64,000 nt of DNA, taken from positions 17,029 through 81,028 of IMG/VR virus record IMGVR_UViG_3300011115_000708, one strand, 5' to 3'. Made by a program: the position numbers and the translations under genes. The DNA comes from a virus. Of the stretch, positions 58,779-64,000 are shown one piece after another. The notes under the pieces were generated by a model. That model worked only from the letters and a program-made list of their open reading frames with translations. It searched no databases and had not been told where the DNA came from. Numbering within the stretch: the first letter of the stretch is position 1; every line of letters starts with the position of its first letter.

Positions 58779-59093
58779 ATGAGAACCGTAAAAGAAGAAC
58801 AATTACAAAAGGACGTGAAAGTTTGGAAATCAAGAGCAGAAGCGCATGAGGAAAACTATTTGCAAATGCTCAAGCGTATTGACGACGTTATCGCAGAACG
58901 TGATGAAGCAGTTCGCAGTTGCCATATCTGGCAAAAAGGTCATGGGGTAATTGTAGCTGAACGCAATGCCGCTATTGCGGAGCGCGATAGATTGATAACG
59001 GCCATTGAAATACACAGGGCAAAAGCGTTTCCGCTTACTGGAGAAGATTTTGATCAAGAGCTATGGGGTGAAATTGAAACCACAACCAACTAA
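58779..59093 (+). CDS. Coiled-coil hypothetical protein
   Basis: WKSRAE...ERD. Confidence 0.6.
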   Translation: MRTVKEEQLQKDVKVWKSRAEAHEENYLQMLKRIDDVIAERDEAVRSCHIWQKGHGVIVAERNAAIAERDRLITAIEIHRAKAFPLTGEDFDQELWGEIETTTN

Positions 59094-59094
59094 A

Positions 59095-59280
59095 ATGACT
59101 AAAACTCAATGGTGCAGACGATGCCAGAAGGACAAGCCAGTACGCGAGTTCTACATCTCCCACCGTACTCGGTGCATGCGGTGCATGTCTGAGTGTGCGA
59201 AGGAGCGGCTGTCTGACCCAAAGAAGCGGCAGCAGCAACGTGATCGCTGCAAGAAGAACTACTACGAGAATAAAGAATGA
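59095..59280 (+). CDS. Small Zn-finger protein
   Basis: WCRRC..DKP..EF...CMRC. Confidence 0.6.
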   Translation: MTKTQWCRRCQKDKPVREFYISHRTRCMRCMSECAKERLSDPKKRQQQRDRCKKNYYENKE

Positions 59281-59933
59281 GCAGTCTACAGACAAAACGA
59301 GAATTAGGTAAAATCGGTGAACAATGGTGCAGGACATGCGAGAAGCACAAGCCGATAGTTGCCTTCTACCCATGCCATCGAACGATGTGCATGGACTGCA
59401 AGAAGGCTAAGAAGCGAAAGTCATTGCGTGAATGCGTGAAGGACTTGTGCCATTCATGCGGCAAGTGGAAGCCACAGACACAATTTGACATCAACTCAAG
59501 AGGTGATAGGATAATGAGTACCTGCTCTTTGTGCACCAAGAAGAAAGCTGAAAAGCGCGATATAAAGAAGCAAGCCATCACTACCATATCACTCTATGAA
59601 TTACAGACAGGGCCCCAGGAAGAGATCAAGATTAAGAAGGATTTATGGTATCTCCATAAGGGCACTGTACATCTTTTCATTGTTGGCCCTGGCGAGTTTG
59701 CAATGCATCGTTGTACTGAGCCAGTGTATAGGGGACGTATTGGAACAAAGGAAGAAAGAGAGATTGCAAAGATCGCTATCGAAAAATTAAATGATGATTT
59801 GGCAAATAATTTTGACAAAGGCCCAGAAGTAATTAAGAAAGCTCTTGACGAGGCGAAAGCCGAGTATGCGAAACAACAAACAAACACAAAAAATGAACAG
59901 CACACAAACAGAAGAAGTATTGAAGGCCATTGA
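59277..59933 (+). CDS. Multi-CxxC zinc-binding protein
   Basis: Homologue of 23515-24096 (LFIVGPGEFAMH shared). Confidence 0.7.
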   Translation: MSSLQTKRELGKIGEQWCRTCEKHKPIVAFYPCHRTMCMDCKKAKKRKSLRECVKDLCHSCGKWKPQTQFDINSRGDRIMSTCSLCTKKKAEKRDIKKQAITTISLYELQTGPQEEIKIKKDLWYLHKGTVHLFIVGPGEFAMHRCTEPVYRGRIGTKEEREIAKIAIEKLNDDLANNFDKGPEVIKKALDEAKAEYAKQQTNTKNEQHTNRRSIEGH

Positions 59934-60354
59934 AGACGGACAGATCTTAGTGGATGAAAGCACCAGCCAAGTATTAAATGCGCTCAAAGAGGAGCAGTTG
60001 ATAAATCTGAAACTAAGTGAGACGCTGAAGTCGGTTTCAGATTGCATCAATGGAGCCACAGAAGTGATAAAGCTGGAGTACGCGGCTATCACGACTCTGC
60101 GGACAGCTCTCTTGGCAATTCACCAGCACTACGGATTCTCAAGCAAGTCTCTAATTAAGCTCATTCCAACGGATACAGACGAGGATGAAATTGTAATGGA
60201 GTTTGGAGAGCTCATGGAGAATGCCGAGAATCTTGCAGACAGGGTAGCAAGGGTACTGGGTAAAACCGAGGATGAACGTCCACCGACAATGAAAGAGCTC
60301 GATGAAAGTTGCGGAACTGAGTTCGTGTACGTTGATCAAAGCGAGGATTCCTGA
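59893..60354 (+). CDS. Hypothetical acidic protein
   Basis: ATG after an A/C-rich leader. Confidence 0.55.
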   Translation: MNSTQTEEVLKAIEDGQILVDESTSQVLNALKEEQLINLKLSETLKSVSDCINGATEVIKLEYAAITTLRTALLAIHQHYGFSSKSLIKLIPTDTDEDEIVMEFGELMENAENLADRVARVLGKTEDERPPTMKELDESCGTEFVYVDQSEDS

Positions 60355-60362
60355 TCAAAGAC

Positions 60363-60746
60363 ATGAGCGCCGCCCAGAACAGACCGAATCCGAATCCACT
60401 GGAAGATCCGAACAAGCATCTCATGGCTGCTCTGAAGATCTACTCAGACAATGGAATCTACTTCGGTGATGTTCTGGAGTGGCATCTCATGAATGGCGTG
60501 GTGCATTCCACGACAGACGTGTTTGCGCTTGGATTCCCTTGTGCGCTTAGCGACCCGATGACCGCCCTATCCATGGAGGACAAGAAGGCCGACTGTCTGC
60601 ATTTCACGATGGTGGTCGGCAATATGTTCGATGCAGTGATCGGGTTTGCAGATAGGTTTGACTTCCTGGCGTTCAGACGTGATACTAAGTCCGACTCCAG
60701 AATCAGATTCTACGACTACGGAAAGTTCATGATGAAGATCTCTTGA
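60363..60746 (+). CDS. Hypothetical protein (possible degenerate GNAT fold)
   Basis: WHL.NG.V.ST...F...AFRR...RFY pattern; weak. Confidence 0.5.
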   Translation: MSAAQNRPNPNPLEDPNKHLMAALKIYSDNGIYFGDVLEWHLMNGVVHSTTDVFALGFPCALSDPMTALSMEDKKADCLHFTMVVGNMFDAVIGFADRFDFLAFRRDTKSDSRIRFYDYGKFMMKIS

Positions 60747-60770
60747 GATAACACAGACAGACCAAACAAT

Positions 60771-60899
60771 ATGAAAAAAGGAAATAGCTGCAAAATGATG
60801 GGTGGAAAAATGACCAAGGACTCAAGCTCAAAATCACATGAGAAGGGCGAGTCGAAGGCGATGAAGAAGAAGGAAGCCAAATCTGGACGCAAATCGTAA
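60771..60899 (+). CDS. Small basic peptide (42 aa)
   Basis: K/M/S-rich, HEKGES motif; TAATG coupling; not in ORF track. Confidence 0.55.
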   Translation: MKKGNSCKMMGGKMTKDSSSKSHEKGESKAMKKKEAKSGRKS

Positions 60900-61141
60900 T
60901 GGAGAAGCGATTCAAGAAAGTGGTGACCAACCCAGACACTGGCAGGAGCAAGACTGTCAGATACGGCCAGGCTGGTAAAGCCGCAGACGGCGGTGACAGG
61001 ATTCGTCCTGGAACTGCCAAGGGCGATGCTTACTGCGCCAGGTCTGCCAAGATCAAGGGTGATTGGAAATCAGACCCAAACTCGCCCAACAATCTTTCCA
61101 GACAAAAGTGGAAATGCAACGGAAGCAAATCCATGAAGTGA
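60899..61141 (+). CDS. Small basic conserved phage protein (YCARS family)
   Basis: VRYGQ.G...PGT.KGDAYCARS...NSPN.LSR.KWKC. Confidence 0.75.
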   Translation: MEKRFKKVVTNPDTGRSKTVRYGQAGKAADGGDRIRPGTAKGDAYCARSAKIKGDWKSDPNSPNNLSRQKWKCNGSKSMK

Positions 61142-61243
61142 CATAAAAAATTTCCTGCAACGATGGGTGTTGTTGCAGGGGTGTTGGTGATGCAAGAAGG
61201 CCGATGAGTGTGTTGCTCATCGGCCTTCAACTTTGTCTGCGTA

Positions 61244-61468
61244 TCAGAGGTTGCGCCAACCGTGTTGCCTCACGGCCACTCTACCACCAGAGAGTCGGCG
61301 GGTGGATACGATAGCTGTGCAAAGGTGGCCACAGCAGTCGTGCTCACACCCACAGCGCCACCGAAATCGGTCTTCGATGTCCTCGTCCGATGGATGGCCG
61401 TACACGATGTGGAATTGTCTGAAGGACTCTCCGTCTGAATCCCATCTAGCTTGCTTTGATGTTGTCAT
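61244..61468 (-). CDS. Small Cys-rich protein
   Basis: CGCEHDCCGH motif. Confidence 0.55.
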   Translation of the reverse strand: MTTSKQARWDSDGESFRQFHIVYGHPSDEDIEDRFRWRCGCEHDCCGHLCTAIVSTRRLSGGRVAVRQHGWRNL

Positions 61469-61480
61469 ATTGGGTTGATT

Positions 61481-61636
61481 TTATGCCATCACCTCATGCG
61501 AGGATGGATTGATGATGCGGATGAGATAGGCGATCACCATCTCTGGCGTGTCGTCTCCAAGTGGATGCATTCCTGTCTGGCCTTCCATGTGGTAGGTGAT
61601 CCAGCCGTTTTCGATTCGTAGTACTAGGTGCTTCAT
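61481..61636 (-). CDS. Hypothetical protein (51 aa)
   Basis: ATG after a (CCAAA)n leader. Confidence 0.5.
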   Translation of the reverse strand: MKHLVLRIENGWITYHMEGQTGMHPLGDDTPEMVIAYLIRIINPSSHEVMA

Positions 61637-61661
61637 TTTGTTTGGTTTGGTTTTTGGGAGA

Positions 61662-62462
61662 TCAAATTCCAACTTCCGAGAGCGCCGCCTTCTTGGCAAG
61701 CCTCGCAGCCTTCTTGGTGATGTAGCGAGCCGCATTGAGTTCGCGCTTCCGCTCCTTCGTGAGGCGCTGGGTGGTGGTCTTTGGCAATGACATGCCCCTG
61801 CCGTCTGGTGGGCATCCTGCGGCCTCCCAGCGCTTCTTGCGGTTCGCCTTGCGAGCCTTGGCAATCCGCATCTTGTTGGCAAGGTAGTAGGCACGGGAGT
61901 ACTTGCCATCTGAGTTGTTGGCTGCCTGCCACCGCTTGGATGCCTCACGCTTCTTCTGGAGGCGCTCTTCCTCGGTGGCCGCAGACCGCTCGACCACCCG
62001 CTTCAGCCGCGCATGCACCTTAGCGCGATATTCGGGATTCGATTCCATTTTTTTCTTGTGATGGCGCTTGGCTGCCTCCGCGCTCTGCTTGCGGTAATCA
62101 GACAGCCGCTGCTTCGTCCCCCAGTACTCACCACCGACGAAGCGGCGGTTGTACTGGATGAAGAAGATGCCATCGCGGTCTGGGTGTGGGAAGCCCGACC
62201 TGAGCTTCAACTCTGGCCGCGCCTTGAACATGGCCATGATCTCAGACCATTCTTCTGGGCTGAACTTCTTGTGCGCCGCCAGGCGGAAACATCCCTGGCC
62301 GCTCTCGGCCATCACCCTTGCAGTCTGCAGACGGCGCTCGGATGGTGGAAGGGCCGACTGGGGCAACGGGGCCGCTGGCATCGGTTGCTGAAGCCACTTG
62401 GGCAGTGGTACTGGTGGTTTCTCGTTCATATCTTGGTTCGTTTCGTTCATATTTTTGTTCAT
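61662..62462 (-). CDS. Basic putative DNA-binding protein
   Basis: Arg/Lys-rich helical repeats like HNH N-terminal arms; no HNH motif. Confidence 0.55.
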   Translation of the reverse strand: MNKNMNETNQDMNEKPPVPLPKWLQQPMPAAPLPQSALPPSERRLQTARVMAESGQGCFRLAAHKKFSPEEWSEIMAMFKARPELKLRSGFPHPDRDGIFFIQYNRRFVGGEYWGTKQRLSDYRKQSAEAAKRHHKKKMESNPEYRAKVHARLKRVVERSAATEEERLQKKREASKRWQAANNSDGKYSRAYYLANKMRIAKARKANRKKRWEAAGCPPDGRGMSLPKTTTQRLTKERKRELNAARYITKKAARLAKKAALSEVGI

Positions 62463-63031
62463 TTCTAATACATTCTGGTTTGCGGAAGGTGCTTATTTGT
62501 CTCAAAGCGTGTTGAGGAAACGGCGGAATGGTCGAAATAGCACCTGTCGCTAAATTGCATGGTATTTGGGTTATTTAGACAAAACAAGCGAAATTTTGAG
62601 AAAAGATTTTTCCCATATAAACAAAGGGATTGCGGGGAAAAATGGTGGATCTAATGGAAATTCGTGACATAGCACGCGAGTGACCATGTTATGTTCCAAG
62701 AATCTAATACAAAAAAAAGAGGGTGAGGAAGTCGTGGTTTTTAAGCGAGTTATGACTTGGTTTTAGGAAAAAAAGCGGGAGGATTCTATAAGGTAGTAAA
62801 TAGGTAGAACCTTTATTTCCTACTCACTTCCTCCTTCCTCCGTCAGAAGGAAAGCTCCAATCCCCCTGACGGGGGGAGCATCCTCTGAACGGGAAGGTAG
62901 GCAGACACCGAGGCCCGACCCCAGCACCACCACGCGCAGCGAATGAGAAAAAAAAGGGCGCAGGGTTTTTGATGTTCACGAAACAGATTTCGTCAACATA
63001 CCTGCATCACGATACGGTAAGGAAAAAGATT

Positions 63032-63644
63032 GATAGCGCGGAGAGCATCGGTCATGGTCGGCTCAGACATGAAAGCAATAGCGCGGAGAGCGAAGGGGGC
63101 GGCCAAGGGGGAGACAGCGGGAGCGGCGCAGCCGCGAGCAAGAGCAGGCGCTGCGAAGCAGGCAAAGGCAGACGGGGATGGCGCTGCGAAGCAGGGAGAC
63201 AGGCAGGGAGCTAAGCAGGGAGCTAAGCGGTCGCATCTTGAGCTGAAGTGGATCGGTCTGTGGGATGAGCTCGGTGGGCCAGAACTGCAGGAGGAGGTGA
63301 AGTTTCACGCAACGCGGAAGTGGAGGGCGGACTTTGCCCATGAGGGGGCGAAGGTGTTGATCGAGATCGAGGGCGGGGCGTGGGGTGGCAGACACACCAG
63401 GGGCGGGGGTTTCACGGCAGACCTGGAGAAGTACCTGGCTGCGTTCCTAGACGGTTGGTCTGTGGTGAGGATCGGTGCTGGACAGATCAACTCGGTGGTG
63501 GTGCAGGCGGTGATCAAGCAGGTGAGGATGAGGATGGGCGTGAGGGTGGGGGCTGGGATGGCGGTGGGTGATAGCGCGGAGAGCGTGAGCCGTGGCGGCA
63601 GCGGTGAGGATAGCGCGGAGAGCGTAGCGGATAGCGCCGAGAGC
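63032..63644 (+). repeat. Five dispersed copies of (G)ATAGCGCGGAGAGC
   Basis: At 63032, 63078, 63570, 63609 and 63630 (last with one mismatch). Confidence 0.85.
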
Positions 63645-63662
63645 GTGGAGTGGCTGCGGTGA
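63069..63662 (+). CDS. PD-(D/E)xK endonuclease (DUF559/Vsr-like)
   Basis: E..FH..RKWRADFA....LIEIEGG.W..RH.RG.G...D.EKY..A...GW.V.R. Confidence 0.8.
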   Translation: MKAIARRAKGAAKGETAGAAQPRARAGAAKQAKADGDGAAKQGDRQGAKQGAKRSHLELKWIGLWDELGGPELQEEVKFHATRKWRADFAHEGAKVLIEIEGGAWGGRHTRGGGFTADLEKYLAAFLDGWSVVRIGAGQINSVVVQAVIKQVRMRMGVRVGAGMAVGDSAESVSRGGSGEDSAESVADSAESVEWLR

Positions 63663-64000
63663 AATTTTTTTGATTTTTTTTCGTTTTTTTTCGACCGTCG
63701 ATTTTTTCTGGTTTTACCTCCAGCCTGTCTGCGCTCGTCGGCCTCGGCGGTCGGATCGGGTGGATCGGGCGGGTTGTGGGGCGATGATCGGGGCGGATGG
63801 GGCCGTGCTGGCGCTGGGCGGTGTCTGTGAGCTCGTCTGGCGGCCTGTCTGGGGCTGGACAGCGGAAATGGTTTGCGGCCTGCCTGAGGGCCGTTTGCGG
63901 CGCAAAAAAAGGGAGGCCGTTTCGGGCCTCCCTTTGATGGGATGGGGGGATCGGGCCGTCAGTATCGGCCTCGGGCCGTGGCGGTGAGCCAAGCGGTGGC

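Larger units (their letters stand above)
58645..64000. mobile_element. Phage A, right part (continuation after the repeat)
   Basis: Diverged homologues of the genes after repeat copy 1; no CCGG despite a GC-rich end, as in the left part. Confidence 0.7.

Overview
The window is entirely bacteriophage DNA, with no host genes, and is best read as two tailed-phage genomes joined through an exact 2,028-bp direct repeat (21108-23135 = 56617-58644). Outer phage A (1-21107 and 58645-64000) is podovirus-like. It has a tail/DNA-stabilisation protein, ejection proteins including a 2,139-aa giant, a holin plus M15 endolysin, a Sak4-like ATPase/SSB/SF2 helicase/Cas4-like nuclease/RepB-AAA25 primase-helicase module and a DUF5664 dNTPase. 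By my scan it has no CCGG sites. Inner phage B (repeat plus 23136-56616; a 35,509-bp circle) looks like a complete siphovirus. It has Mu-like head genes but no transposase, plus terminase, tail, CHAP endolysin, primase-SF3 helicase, SNF2 helicase, VRR-NUC and a C5 DNA methyltransferase. The most striking signals are dual-coding regions. Two small basic peptide genes are hidden in the +1 frame of the giant ejection gene (6594-6662, 6729-6860). The methyltransferase appears split over two fully overlapping ~1-kb reading frames (24093/24098). Also noted: a non-canonical CCA-ending tRNA-like cloverleaf in the shared repeat, a split portal with an inserted domain, several structured cis-RNA/sRNA candidates and repeat-rich putative origin/terminus regions. 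All family assignments come from motif recognition, not database searches.
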